Made by a program: the position numbers and the translations under genes. The notes beneath the pieces were generated by a model. It was not told the origin of the DNA. It searched no databases and saw only the letters and a list, made by a program, of their open reading frames with translations. From positions 4,898,001 to 4,962,000 of the forward strand of contig NC_043015.1 of the NCBI RefSeq assembly GCF_006345805.1: DNA of 64,000 bases, given 5' to 3'. The DNA comes from Octopus sinensis (Eukaryota). Of this stretch, positions 41,705 to 55,049 are shown piece after piece (position 1 is the stretch's first letter; the number at the start of each line of letters is the position of its first letter).

Positions 41705-42047
41705 TGTATCCAAACATTTTCTTTGAACTCGAATCATTTTCAATAATAATGTTTATGTGAATATCATTTGCGTTTAACACCGAAATTAATGGACTATACC
41801 AGACTACATTGGTAAAATCAATTTCTGGAGTTAGCAAACTGAAATCACATACATTCAAAGATGAAAGAATTGTCACTGTTTTATTTTACCAAATTTCTCT
41901 AAATAGAAATGTTCGCATAGTTATCATTGACTCATTAAAGGAAACAGAGATATTAACAGGATAGTCTTCGTTGTAATTAATACTATAATCATTCATAGAT
42001 AAATACAAATTTAAATCATAATTCTGTCGAAAATCTGAACATGTGAG
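41705..42047 (-). pseudogene. Candidate exon or pseudo-exon of unknown product (114 codons, one internal TAA)
   Basis: Branch-like GACTAAT plus TGCTAG acceptor, A|GTAAGT donor, frame open except codon 54; four N-x-S/T sequons. No homolog recognised with confidence. Confidence 0.25.
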
Positions 42048-42873
42048 CTAGCACATTTAACAAATTAGTCGTTATGTATTCATTACTTTAAAGTGCTTCT
42101 ATTTTAAACAACCAGTTCTAGCGATGAATGTGACTAAATATCGGATTGCTTCCTGTTTGAGAAGTGCTTCCATTACTTTACAATCGTTTATCATGTTATT
42201 GAATGGTTTATTACGATAGCCTCGTGTGATCTCAGGAGTTGAATAATATTTGTATATTATATAAGATATATCTTAAATAATATCGATGAGGCCTTCGTTA
42301 CGTTGCATTAAATGACAACGTTTTAAGAATTTTAATTTAGCCCATAGTTTTCATGTTTAACGATAGTTAGCGGTGAATGTCGATGAAACAAAAATCTCTC
42401 TAAAGATTAATGATATTGATACAGCAATTAGATTATATGATATGGTGTTAAGTAGCTAGAGATTTACTGAATGATCTACACAATTAAAACAAAGTATATG
42501 CGATGAATTTAAATGTAGCCTTTATTTAGTGGGGGAATAAATGCTGAGTCTGTAAGTTTCTAATTAAAAGTGAAATACTTTGTAAATTTTACAAGAAAAC
42601 TGAATAATCTTGCTTACAATGTGATATGTCCTCTGGTAGCAGACAATGCGACATCTACTGAAACTTTCATTCTTACTATAATTTATTATAATAGTCTATG
42701 AGGTTAGATTTTTAACAAAAGTGAAAGATTTTGAAGAATTTGGTCCAATATTTTCTCCCAATTTGAAAACCTTCTATAGTCTAAAACATATATACAGGCT
42801 TATAGAAATATCTAATTTGTTTGGAAATATCTATGATCTTACAGATTTCAATATTTCGACAATAGGATGAGAG

Positions 42874-43062
42874 CAAGAGGTGATCTGGCAAAGTCGATAG
42901 CACGCCGGGCAAAAGGCTTAGCAGCATTTCGTTCGTCTTTATATTCTGAGTTCAAATTCTGCCGAGGTCAACTTTGCATGTCATCATTTCGGGATCAATG
43001 AAATACGTATCGGTTGAATACTACTGCCGAATTTACTGGCCTTCGGCTAAAATTTGAAACCA
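42874..43062 (+). mobile_element. SINE S1
   Basis: GAGGTGATCTGGCAAAGTCGATAGCACGCCGGGC...GAGTTCAAATTCTGCCGAGG...GGCCTTCGGCTAAAATTTGAAACC. Confidence 0.85.
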
Positions 43063-45184
43063 ACATTTCAGTAATGGTTGATGTTCTGAGTTATGGAAAT
43101 CATGAAAATTATGTAAAAGTATTGAAACAAGATATTACTGGTAATTGTTCGACGCTCTCCGTGAAAAGAGGAATAGTTTAATTGAATTAATAATGCACTA
43201 ATGAAAGGGTCGTGTTCTCATGTTAGATGCAAAATCTGATCAGAAAAGAAATCTTCACCATTGTGCCGTATCGAATACATCTAAAAACGAAGCAATATCA
43301 CTCAGCTTCTAGATTATCAAACCTTATGTTTAGAAATCAATATTACAATGGTACGGTATGTGGTCGCATCTGAATCATTGGTCAGACTATTATATATTGG
43401 AGACAAATATCGCCAAGATCACAGTTTCACATCACAAACACGAAGGCAAGCTATTCAGAGAGCCGGTATAAAATTCCATTAATACAAAACATATGATGAT
43501 ATTGCAGAAAACATAACATTCACAGCGAAAACAATGAGAAATGGATCGGGATAAAATCGAAACGACGAGATACATGCATCTGTGAGCTGTTTTGTGTAGA
43601 ATACATAGTAATAACGCAGGCAGATTTACTCGTCAAATAATCATTTCAAAGAGATTGCGGATCCAATGATATTACTGTCGTATAGTTTCGATGAAATCTG
43701 TTCAAAGGTGGAGATTTCTTAAGGTATTATATTTTCTTTACAGCTATTACCTACTGTAATCCATAGGTTGTCATGAACATTACAGACTTTTCTTCAAAGC
43801 TGTTTCACTTAAGGATCGTTACATCATTTCAGTGTGCTGTGCATATACATTTTATATTGCATCTTAACCATTTAATCACAATGGATTTATATTTCTGCTT
43901 TAAAGGTGTAAACGTTATTGCTTGAAATACAGTTGATCATACGGCCCGGAGATCAGAGATGGGAATATAGTATATATTCATGTTGAGAAATTATACTCTT
44001 AGTTGTAGGTATTTGTAGAAATTAATCCATATAATCTATCTATTGATAACTATGTTTACAAACAAAAGACAGTAGCGCAATTTCTCTTACATGTTTAAGT
44101 ATTCGATCAGGTTGCATGTGCATAATCCTGTATATAGTTAAGATTCCTGAATACATTTATATTTGAATTATAGATTTTGTCGCTTGGGTTTTTATATATG
44201 TTTTTCTGTAAAGTAATCTCGCATCAAACGTATCTATGTTTGACATCCACCATTTCTGGCATATCGTAACTTTTAACGTGATAAAAATTAAAATGATAAA
44301 AACTAAATATATATATAATAATTATATATGTCTATACTTGCAGAAATACAGCTCACCTGGGGTATTTTCTGCTAGCCACTTTCAAATTTTCAAAATTGAT
44401 TCTCAATTCTAATAATTTTAATGGTAATCTACGTATAATTATTTATTAATTATTCTATAATATATAATAGTGCTCACTTGCATAGCAATTATTGCTTTCA
44501 TCATTTTCCCACAGTTCTACTTTCTCCTTTTTTAAACAAACATGAAGATAGTCCAATTATGGAGTTTGTGAATTTTTACCTTTCCTTCCATGCAAAAATA
44601 GGGATTTCAATTCGGCATTCCATCCGTAAACTTTGCATCATGAACAAAAATTGTCAAAGAGACTTCCTACATTATCTGTTTGTACAATAGACAGGATAGC
44701 CTGCTGTTGAAAATTATCGAAACTGGGGTTTATTGCTAATAGTTTAACACGATTCTTCCTAGTTTGAAAATGGGTTCGTCTGTACATCTGCTGTAAATGT
44801 TCATTTTCGTTCTCAGCACTCTGTTCTTGGCAGCAGTGTTTCTGTTTGTTTCTCACTGAAGTTTGGAAGGATTGGCAATTGAAACTGATTATCAATAGGC
44901 GGTTGAACATACACTGAGTAAGATTGCTCTGTAACTTCTATGCTGAAGTAGAGAAAACATGTTCATTGTCTACCTGAAATTACTCGAGATTTTAGGTATA
45001 ATTATACTAATGTGTCTATCTGTTCTAATTCAATAAAATTCTATGTCTTTGTGTAGCTGAGGATTAGACTGCATTTTGAATCGATGTAATGATTCCATTT
45101 TTCAATTACATGGAGTTGCATAAAACGATCGTGTTGCATTGCCTCTGGATATCCTTGTTGCTTATTTTTATTACAAATATACAT

Positions 45185-45216
<32 letters not shown>

Positions 45217-45237
45217 GTATGTGTGTGTGTGTGTGTA

Positions 45238-45279
<42 letters not shown>

Positions 45280-45836
45280 ATACATACATACATAACTGCA
45301 TATACATATACATTTTAAAGCATTTGTCATTCTCAGTGGAAAATTCTCTGTGACATTCTCATCATTAACATAATCTTCATTTTCATCTGCGTCAGCATCA
45401 TTGATAGATCTATTCTCAAATGTATTCTACGTCTGAGTAATCATTTCAATATCCGTTTATGATTTTGTATATAAGTAAATTTCACACCCAATGTTACGCA
45501 TTCCTACGTCTGCGAAATCACACCTATGTACTGAAATAATAGTGAAATTGTAGAGTACATCATTTCTTCTGAATCATCGAAATCTTAATTCACATCATTA
45601 ATGGAATCGGCATCTGTTTCCGGTATTTCTATACGAGATTTACAATTATATAATCCTTCATTTACATTTTCAAAGCGACCTATAGCTAGAGGCAACATTA
45701 TAATTTCAATATTTGATTAATTCAGTTAAGGATATATAGAAAAGTAAAAATAAAAGAAATAAACGAAATAGAGAATTTCCATATGTCTTTGGTCTGGATG
45801 ATGTGAATATGTGTTTGCTGTTGACGGAGATGGCGC

Positions 45837-45879
<43 letters not shown>

Positions 45880-46343
45880 TATATATATATATATATATAT
45901 CAGTAATGATAATCATGTAATTAAGGTAATGAGATGATGGCCTAATGGTGATGATAATGACGATGATGAGCATGAGTAGGAGGGAGAGTAAGAGATGGAG
46001 GAAAATGATGGTGGTGTCGATCTTGTCGATGACGTCAACGGCGCCGATGGTGATAATGATGATGATGATGTTAACGATGGTGATGACGACTATGACGAAA
46101 ACGACTGTGATATTGATAATGATGATGATGATTGCGAAGATGATGGTGAAGTTGGTGAGGTTGGTGATGGTGAAAACACCGATGATTTATGCTATGCATG
46201 TGACGCAGGTGAAGAAAAGAAAGCTGATTATAATGGTGCCAATAAAACGGAAAATAATAATGCTAATTATCATGAAGATATTACATTTAATAAAGAATTT
46301 CACCTGGTAATGACTGCTGTAGTACTTATAAAAATACTAAAAC

Positions 46344-46538
46344 TGATGATGATGATGATGATGATGATAGTGATGATGATGATGATGGTGGTGGTGGTGT
46401 TGGTGGTGGTGTTGTTGGGGATGATGATGATGATGATAATGATGATGGTGGTGGTGGTGGTGGTGGTGGTGGTGGTGGTGGTGGTGGTGTTGGTGATGGT
46501 GCTGTTGGTGATGATGATGATGATGGTGGTGGTGTTGG

Positions 46539-46573
<35 letters not shown>

Positions 46574-46620
46574 GTGATGATGCTGACGACGATGACGACA
46601 ACGATAACGACAACATCAGC
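46344..46620. repeat. (GAT)n/(GGT)n microsatellite; decayed GAT-rich sequence extends back to about 45950
   Basis: Direct reading; explains the poly-M/V/D/P/S ORFs. Confidence 0.9.
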
Positions 46621-47121
46621 GACGATTGTGGTGTGATGATGTTGCTGTCACTGATGTCGAAGGTGGCTGCGACAGCGGCGTCGGTGATGATGGAGGCTGA
46701 CTGCAAAAGAAGCCAGACAGTTCGCAGAGCGGTTATGACAATGAATAATACATTAATTAACAAACTTACCATCTATCCATCACATGCTGGCTTCCTAATT
46801 AAACCATAAAAATATGTCTGACTCCCTAATTTACAAAAAAAAAGTACCAAAAAAAACCCAAGCACACAAGTAATCTAACGAAGCAAAAATGTCGTTCTAT
46901 GTGTCGATTGAGGCCGTAAGGAATGTCATCAAACAAAGCAACGTAAGACGTAATCGTGAATTAGAAAGCGGAAAACGAATTCTTTGTTTTAAGCCTATAT
47001 TGAGATATAATTTCCTCGGATGAAATTTGATCAGAGGTACACCGAAAGTTTCACACGTAACAAAAATATTCTCTGTAACAAAATTATTCAGGTGTTTAAT
47101 TCAATGACATGCAGCTAATAC

Positions 47122-47154
<33 letters not shown>

Positions 47155-47253
47155 TATATATCGTCATGTTGATTATTTTCTAGTGGAAGGAATATATATG
47201 GTGCACAAATAAATATGTAAAGTCTAATGTTTATGCAACACAAGCACAAACAC

Positions 47254-47295
<42 letters not shown>

Positions 47296-47500
47296 ACACA
47301 CACACACACATGTCCTTGTTGCTTATTTTGATTCTAATCACCCTCATTTTGAATGATATGGATAATACCATACTAAATTGTGGTGCCTTTAACTTAAGTA
47401 CCATATTCAACTAAATCTAAATTTTACTGAACTTATATCCATATATATATACAAGAAACCCGATAAGCCACTGTGTATATGTTCATATACATATACATAC

Positions 47501-47553
<53 letters not shown>

Positions 47554-47605
47554 AGAAACCAGATAAGCCACCGTGTATATGTGCATATACATATACATAC
47601 ATATT

Positions 47606-47659
<54 letters not shown>

Positions 47660-47729
47660 TATATGCAGTACCACTAAACCTGTGAATACTGCATCAGTTT
47701 TTTTTTATTTTGACGGTATTGGAATATGT

Positions 47730-48060
47730 TGTTTACGGTCTTCTTTTCGCTGAAACATCAGGGCACTTAGGCTAGGTGATAGCACGACACTGCTGAAAAC
47801 AGAGGTAGTGTCTCTTAAAGTTTCGGTGTGGCACAATCGACATTTATCCGTGACATCGAAGAAGTTTAGAGGCATCTTTTTTATAGTGTTTTTGATCTGA
47901 TTTTCATTTGTCATCTTTTTTCCGGGGGCAAAGGCGTACTCTTCAACGCCGGCGGAACTATTTTAGGTCCTTGCGAGGTTAGTATTTCTGCTTGTGGGTT
48001 TACTATAGTTGTCCATGATGTTAGTTTGATTCTAGCTTGTCCTATGTGAAATTTTTCCTC
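47730..48060 (-). mobile_element. R4-like RLE element relic
   Basis: AGVEEYAFA, IKNTIKKMP...TDKCRLCHTET (CxxC of the zinc knuckle). Confidence 0.5.
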
Positions 48061-48629
48061 AAATATATCACTCTTACTCGACTTTTGACGATTTTCTAAT
48101 ATTTTTTCTCTGAAAAGTGTAACGTTATTATAGCTGAAACCTAGTTCCTATGCAAGGAAACAGGCAAAGAACACATTGCACTCTCTACTACTCTCCAGAT
48201 ATTATTTATGAGAATGCGGTACAAAGTGGCCATATGCTTCTTCCTGAAGCAATATTTTTAACATCTAACGTTGTATTCACCAGGTTTTAGTATTTTTATA
48301 GTCACGATATCTATGCACCGGCTTCACTCTAGTCGCTTGCAAGTAACCCAAATATTCATCATAGATCTGGTAATATTATGAAAAAGAAGAAAAAAAAAAG
48401 AGAACCATGTTGGTGAGATTTCATTTTATTGAACGCAGACAGATTTGCCTTCTATGAAATTTGAACTTTAATGAAGTTTTCTTTTATCAATAGAGTTTTA
48501 CTCAAAGTAACAGCATAGGAAATTTTCTCATCAATTCAGATGTATTTCTAACATTCATCATTGGAGATAAGAGATAGAGACAGGCAATTGGAATTCATAT
48601 TCCTATTCTACTCGAGAATCTCAGTATGT

Positions 48630-48699
48630 ATACTTGTATGAACGTATGTATGTATGTATGTATGTATGTATGTATGTATGCATGCATGTATGTATGCAT

Positions 48700-48731
<32 letters not shown>

Positions 48732-49161
48732 ATGTAATATATACATATGTACATATACATATATACATATATACATATACATATATACATATATACATAC
48801 ATATATATATATATACATATATATATACATGTACATGTAATATATACATATGTACATATACATATATACATATACACACACACACATATATATATACATG
48901 TATATGTAATATATATATATATACACACGCACATATACATATATACATATATACACATACATATATACATATACATGTACATATATATATATATATACAC
49001 ATACATGTATACATACATACACTTACATATATACATATACATACATATATATACGCATATATACATATATACATATATACACATATATATGTATATACAT
49101 ATAGACACGCACACACACATATATGTATATATATGTATGTACAACTAACTAACTAACTATA

Positions 49162-49200
<39 letters not shown>
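48630..49200. repeat. Compound (ATGT)n/(AT)n/(ATAC)n array
   Basis: Direct reading. Confidence 0.95.
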
Positions 49201-49205
<5 letters not shown>

Positions 49206-49744
49206 GTACGTGTCTGTGTGCTTACAAATATATATGTGTGTGTAAGCGTGTGCCTGCGCACAACTGAGCGTACGTATTGGAATGTGCGTGTACGTGACTT
49301 ACGAGCGATGAGTTCAATATGGTCACTGTGTTGATGAACTAGCCGATAATAATAGCAAATCTCCAGGAATTCTTTGTCACTTATTAATAGTATATCCAAC
49401 TCGTTTCAATTTCCTGTGTGTCATTTATACCAATACTGAGATTGGCAATATGGAAATAAGAATACCCCCTCTCCACTTAGTCGTCTGGTTCATATATATT
49501 CATTTCTTCCTACCGCGATATATAATGAAAATTCCCATGTCAATGCGGTCGGGTTAATATTTCGATCTCTGCTGGGTAACAGTCTTAGATTAGAACTGTA
49601 ATTCTAAACGAGTTTTCTACAAGAATCTTTTGGTTCTTAAAGCATGCTATCACATGCTTGTCTCCCCTACTTCCATTCAGGGACTTTCAATACATATAAG
49701 TGTGTGCATGTGTGAATGTACACACATGCATACATACATGAGCT

Positions 49745-49745
49745 T

Positions 49746-49789
<44 letters not shown>

Positions 49790-50008
49790 GTAGATAGATA
49801 GATAGATAGATAGATAGGAAGATAGATAGGTGAAGAGATAGATAGATAAATAGATTGATAGATGAAGAGATAAATAGATTAAGAGATAGATTGGTAGGTA
49901 GATACATAGTTAGATAGCTAGAGACACTGGCAAATAGATAAATAGACAAATATATAGGTAGATAGATAGATAGACAGATAAGGCAGACATACAGATAGAT
50001 AGATAGAC

Positions 50009-50053
<45 letters not shown>

Positions 50054-50137
50054 TAGATAGATAGATAGATAGATAGATACATAGATAGATAGACAGACAT
50101 ACAGACATACAGACAGACAGACAGGTAGATAGTTAGG

Positions 50138-50200
<63 letters not shown>
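49745..50200. repeat. (TAGA)n/(CAGA)n tetranucleotide array
   Basis: Direct reading. Confidence 0.95.
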
Positions 50201-50202
<2 letters not shown>

Positions 50203-50621
50203 TGGACAGTGACAGGGAGAAAGGGAGAGACAGATAGACATAGAGAAACATATACACCTGTCTGTATGTCTCTACATATGTGTCCATTCATAAGAACAGG
50301 TATAAGTACTTGCAAGTATATCTGTATATATTCGTAAGACTAATATCAATGTCTCTTTTTTCTCGTACTAATGAAATATGCGTGGCATGATATACCAATG
50401 ACCGTCAAGGAGAAAATAATGATAGACAAATCTTCACCTGTATCGTATAATCTATATGGGTTTTCATGTGTTACTGATTAGATAGACACCTTTTGCCAGT
50501 TTTCCTATCTTACTTTCTCTCCTTCTTCTTTCCCTTTCTTTCTCCTCACTCTCTGTCTTTATATATATATATATACGTTATTGCTATAGACATACATGCA
50601 TACAGATATAGATTAGATAGG

Positions 50622-50688
<67 letters not shown>

Positions 50689-51680
50689 GTAGATAGATAT
50701 ACCTTTTTTGTCCAAATTAATACATGCTCTATGTATCCGTTCTTCACTCGTTTATTAGTATTCCTATTTTGACTCATGTCTATTGTCAGAAGATGTTTCG
50801 TCACGCATCTGTGACCTCTTCTTCGATACCTTTCCTCCTCGTGTGCACTCCTGTCCCACTTAGTCCATTCTGTTCTTCTATGATGTGTGTCCTTATATGC
50901 GCATGTGTTTACATCCGTACATGTGTGTTTGTATTTGTCTGTGTGTGAGTATGTACGTTCTTATGTGTGCGTACGCATGTCTAAGTGTTTCTCATGTGTG
51001 CTTATATGTATATATGGTCTAAGCGATTTATATTGTTTTGATCGTTATCATCGTTCATCTTAGTAGTTCCATGACCCTTCCCTCATCCCGTCTCCTGCCC
51101 TCTTGCCTCTGTTGCTGCCCTTGATCTTTGATACCGTTCCTGTGTCTCCCTGTTCTTGTGTTCGCTCAGCTGCTGCAAGTTTGGCTGTTGTTGTTGTTGG
51201 TCGGATTGTTGATGCTGTTGTGGACGTTTGTGAAGTTTTTGTAAGTGCGTTTGTGTATGTATATGGGTTCGCCGAATATTTTGTCTGTATCCGTGCCTTT
51301 ATTCAATATATTTTTTTCTACATATTTATCTCTATATGTTATATTTATCATAGGTATGTGCATATTTGTCTATTGTTTGAGTATTACACCGTTTGTTCCT
51401 GTTTTGTTTTTCCTCACTGCTGTGTGCATGTATGTAGTCGCGGTAATTGTGACTGTTACTATACCATTCGCGTTTTCTGCTGAACCTAGTTCTATATATT
51501 ACTGTGTGTAGCATCTGTAATTTATCTGAGTGTTGTGCCAGTTCTATGAGCTGATAATACCTTAACCTATACGCTATTAACGGAGTCTCCATATCTTGTT
51601 TGAGCATGTTGCTAGAGCAATGACGAGCACTTCTCCTCTTTGAGAACCTGGTAGTGTATATATATATATATATATATTAG

Positions 51681-51860
51681 AAGAAATAAGGGACTCAGAA
51701 ATCTGGATGGTTTTATATTTACACATTTTTATTAATATGTCACATGCTTTTAGAAATCATATATTAGCGCTAATATATGATTTATAAAAAAACACATGTG
51801 ACATATTAATAAAAATGTGTAAATATAAAACCATCCAGATTTCTGAGTCCCTTATTTCTT
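51681..51860. repeat. 180-bp palindrome with no central loop
   Basis: 51681-51746 is the exact reverse complement of 51795-51860; the inner part is symmetric about TAGC|GCTA (51768/51769); (TA)n on both sides. Confidence 0.95.
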
Positions 51861-51897
51861 TTTATATATAATACATGTCCATCACATCCAAACCTTC

Positions 51898-51986
<89 letters not shown>

Positions 51987-52077
51987 TAATCCAAACAAGA
52001 AAACAAAAAAGATAACAACGCGAGGATGTGGAACAATTAAAGTATTATTAGGCGCTCAGGAAAAAGGGAAGAAGGAG

Positions 52078-52113
52078 GGTATGACGTTTCGAGCGGAACT
52101 CTTCGTCGGAAAC
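52078..52113 (-). ncRNA. Minimal type I hammerhead motif with U4>C (Penelope-like pLTR relic, island about 51984-52200)
   Basis: Minus strand GTTT-CCGACGA-A-GAGT-TCC-GCTC-GAAAC-GTC-ATAC. Confidence 0.6.
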
Positions 52114-52387
52114 ATAGGAGAAAGAAAGATCCCGAGGTGGGAGGACAGAGGGAAAAAAATGCAAGTGGTCTTCACGAGGTCAACATACTGAAAGAAAGTG
52201 TATATATATATATATATTATATATATATATATATATAATATATATATATTATATATATATTATATATATATATATATAGAAGTAATTGAACTTACTGACT
52301 AGCACTGATTTTTCTAACAATAAGAATTTAGACAATTCAAAAGCTACAAAAGTACTGAACAAAGGGAGGTAAGACCCCACCTTTTAT

Positions 52388-52445
52388 AGTTGGAACCTGA
52401 TTTCGGATTTTTATGTAGACCATGTTAATCCTCACCAGCGACTCT
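52388..52445 (-). ncRNA. Degenerate hammerhead motif (island about 52278-52680)
   Basis: Minus strand CTGGTGA-GGATT-...-AATCC-GAAAT-CAG-GTT-CCAACT: perfect 5-bp stem II, A6>G in the core, weak stem I. Confidence 0.5.
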
Positions 52446-52678
52446 TAGCACTTATTATTAAACTTAACTACCTCTGTTAGTCTTCTAAGGAAAACAGTTG
52501 AAAACATGTGCTGCATTTGACAACGGTAAATATGTAAGCAACAAATTGAAAAGGATGGCTTATTAGCTATTACCATTTAAAGACAAAAACCGTTATAGTC
52601 AATATATGTGTCACTTTTGTGTACTTAATTTTGGCATTACGTTCTAATTACTAATAATCCACCCCTATTGAATTTGTC

Positions 52679-52770
<92 letters not shown>

Positions 52771-52790
52771 CGGGTGTGTGTGTGTGTGTG

Positions 52791-52825
<35 letters not shown>

Positions 52826-54410
52826 ACAGAGATTAGATCCCTAAATCCGAATAACTTGGAACAAATTATAGCTTATAGCATATGAAGAATGGCTTTCTTC
52901 CAAGGTGGACCTGGCCGAGAGTACCAGATCATTGCATTTTTTTTGGTTTTTGGAAAGCTATCTTTTATGTTCATCAATATACGAATATCTCTAAAGCCTT
53001 TTGTTTAATATATACCAGTCGATTTCACCAAGTTAGTTATTTTTAACGAGTTTCTTTTAACCCTTTTCGACTACCCTAATCCCTATTTTGACATCACCTT
53101 TACCTGTAGAAGATTCTAACATTGCAATTTCACTGACACAAATTTAACAATAAATCATATCCTACATATGTACCAAATTTCAACTTGGAGAAAAATATGA
53201 CATGGTCTGGTTTCTCCACCAAATACTTCAATTAGAATAATAAGCAACAAGAAAAGCCGAAACAAGATGGCATGAAGCATATGAGGACCAAGTTAGCAGT
53301 TAGTTTAATATAACTGGTATATATGCTTGAAGAAAATTGATTTAACTCTGAATAAGTAAATGTATAGTTATTGAAAACATGTATTGGAGAGATATACAGC
53401 AAAATAATGCAAATTGTTTCGGGTTTGCAAAATGAACAAGTGTTCGATCATTTTCATTGCTGTTATATGTTCATCAACTGTCACACTTAGCGAGTGACAA
53501 AGTTCTCTGCAATCTCCATCCTATGTTACTGACTTTATCATTGTCTCTCACTTTATATACTTTATATATATATATATTCTCTCAATTTCCTTGCCTCTCT
53601 CTGTCACTCTCTCTATCTATCTCTCTTTCACACACACACACTTATACTTACACCCTGTCTCTCTTTCCTCCATATTAAATTAGGTTTACAATAAAAAAGT
53701 ACTGGGCGTAAATATCCGAAATTAGTTTATCAAAAGGAAATGTAAATATCGAATGTAGGAACATAGTACATGAAAATAAATAAAATCAGAAATACTATCA
53801 TTCTTATCGGCCGTACAATGTATGTACAAATCTTTTGTTGTAGTTAACAATATCCTATAAATTAAGTAGATGCTTCTGAATAATTCTGAAGTAGAAATAA
53901 TTGTAGTTAATGTACGAGAATTCAATGACATTACATTGAATTGATAAAGTATCCAACTTTTGTGGAACATCAATTTACGACTAGCTTATTGAGCACCATA
54001 CCAAGTACAAATCCGGGATATAAAAGGCTTTCATGCAAATCTTTTCACTTCACAAAAGAGGTGAATGATAAAGCAATAAAAGTGATAGATACAAGGAAAC
54101 GAAACTCACTTGACCTCCAACATGCGGATATAGTATTATTTAGTTTATTTCTGTTCTTTTCTGTTTCAAACCATTGTCGATATTTATTTGCATTCGGACA
54201 CAGAAACAACAGGAAATTTGAGTAACGAATATAAGTGACAAATACATTTACATCAAATAAAACTTACTGCATTTAAATACATTGTATTAAGTCCTTATTA
54301 TATATTAATCTGTACTTCAGTCACTAATGCAGTTGTTCAGACAAGTGATTCTAAAACAGGGTCCATATCAAACTTGTGGTCCTAGATAGGGTTTTCATGT
54401 TAAAGTTTAT

Positions 54411-54582
54411 GTCAATTGATTACACGGACCCATATCACCAGTGTTCAACAGGTATTTAATTTATCGACCCCGAAAGAACGAAAAGTAAAGTCGACTCCGT
54501 GCGGAATTTGAACTGAGAACGTGCAGACTGACGAAATAGCACTAAGCACTGGCGTGCTAACCATTCTGCTGTCTCGCAGCCT
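54411..54582 (-). mobile_element. SINE S1 (minus-strand trimer, copy 3)
   Basis: S1 body GGAATTTGAACTGAGAACG...GCGTGCTAACCATTCTGC on the plus strand. Confidence 0.8.
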
Positions 54583-54619
54583 AAGCAATAATCAGAATAA
54601 TCATTTCTAATAAGTTCGT

Positions 54620-54770
54620 AGTCAATTACATCGGTCCCAGAGCTTCAGTGACACTGAAGGATGACAGGCAAATCGACCTCGGCGGAATTTGAACGCCCAC
54701 CGTAACGCTAGACGAAATACTGCAGAGCTTTTCGTCCAGCGTGCTGACCATTCACCCAGCTCAACACCTT
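54620..54770 (-). mobile_element. SINE S1 (minus-strand trimer, copy 2)
   Basis: CGACCTCGGCGGAATTTGAAC...GCGTGCTGACCATTCACCCAGCTCAACACCTT. Confidence 0.8.
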
Positions 54771-54785
54771 AAAAATAATACCAAT

Positions 54786-55001
54786 AATCCTTTCTACTAT
54801 AGGCACAAGGCCTGTAATTTTGTGGGAGGGGTTAGGCGATTATATTGGCCTCAGTTTGTCGCTTGTATATATTTCCTCGACCTCGAAAGGATGTATGGCA
54901 TAGTCAGCCTCTGTGGAATTTGAACTCAGAACTTAAAGACAGACGAAATACCGCTAAGCATTTCGCCCGGCGTGCTAACGTTTCTGCCAGCTCGCCGCCT
55001 T
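54786..55001 (-). mobile_element. SINE S1 (minus-strand trimer, copy 1, near full length)
   Basis: ...GAAATACCGCTAAGCATTTCGCCCGGCGTGCTAACGTTTCTGCCAGCTCGCCGCCTT. Confidence 0.9.
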
Positions 55002-55049
55002 CTTAACAATAAAAATAATAATAATAATAGAAGTAACAGTGTACGCAAT

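Noticed and set aside
45995-46636. 213-aa D/M/V-rich ORF, among the longest in the track
   Set aside because: Built from GAT/GGT repeats; open in several frames and on both strands, as expected for a microsatellite.
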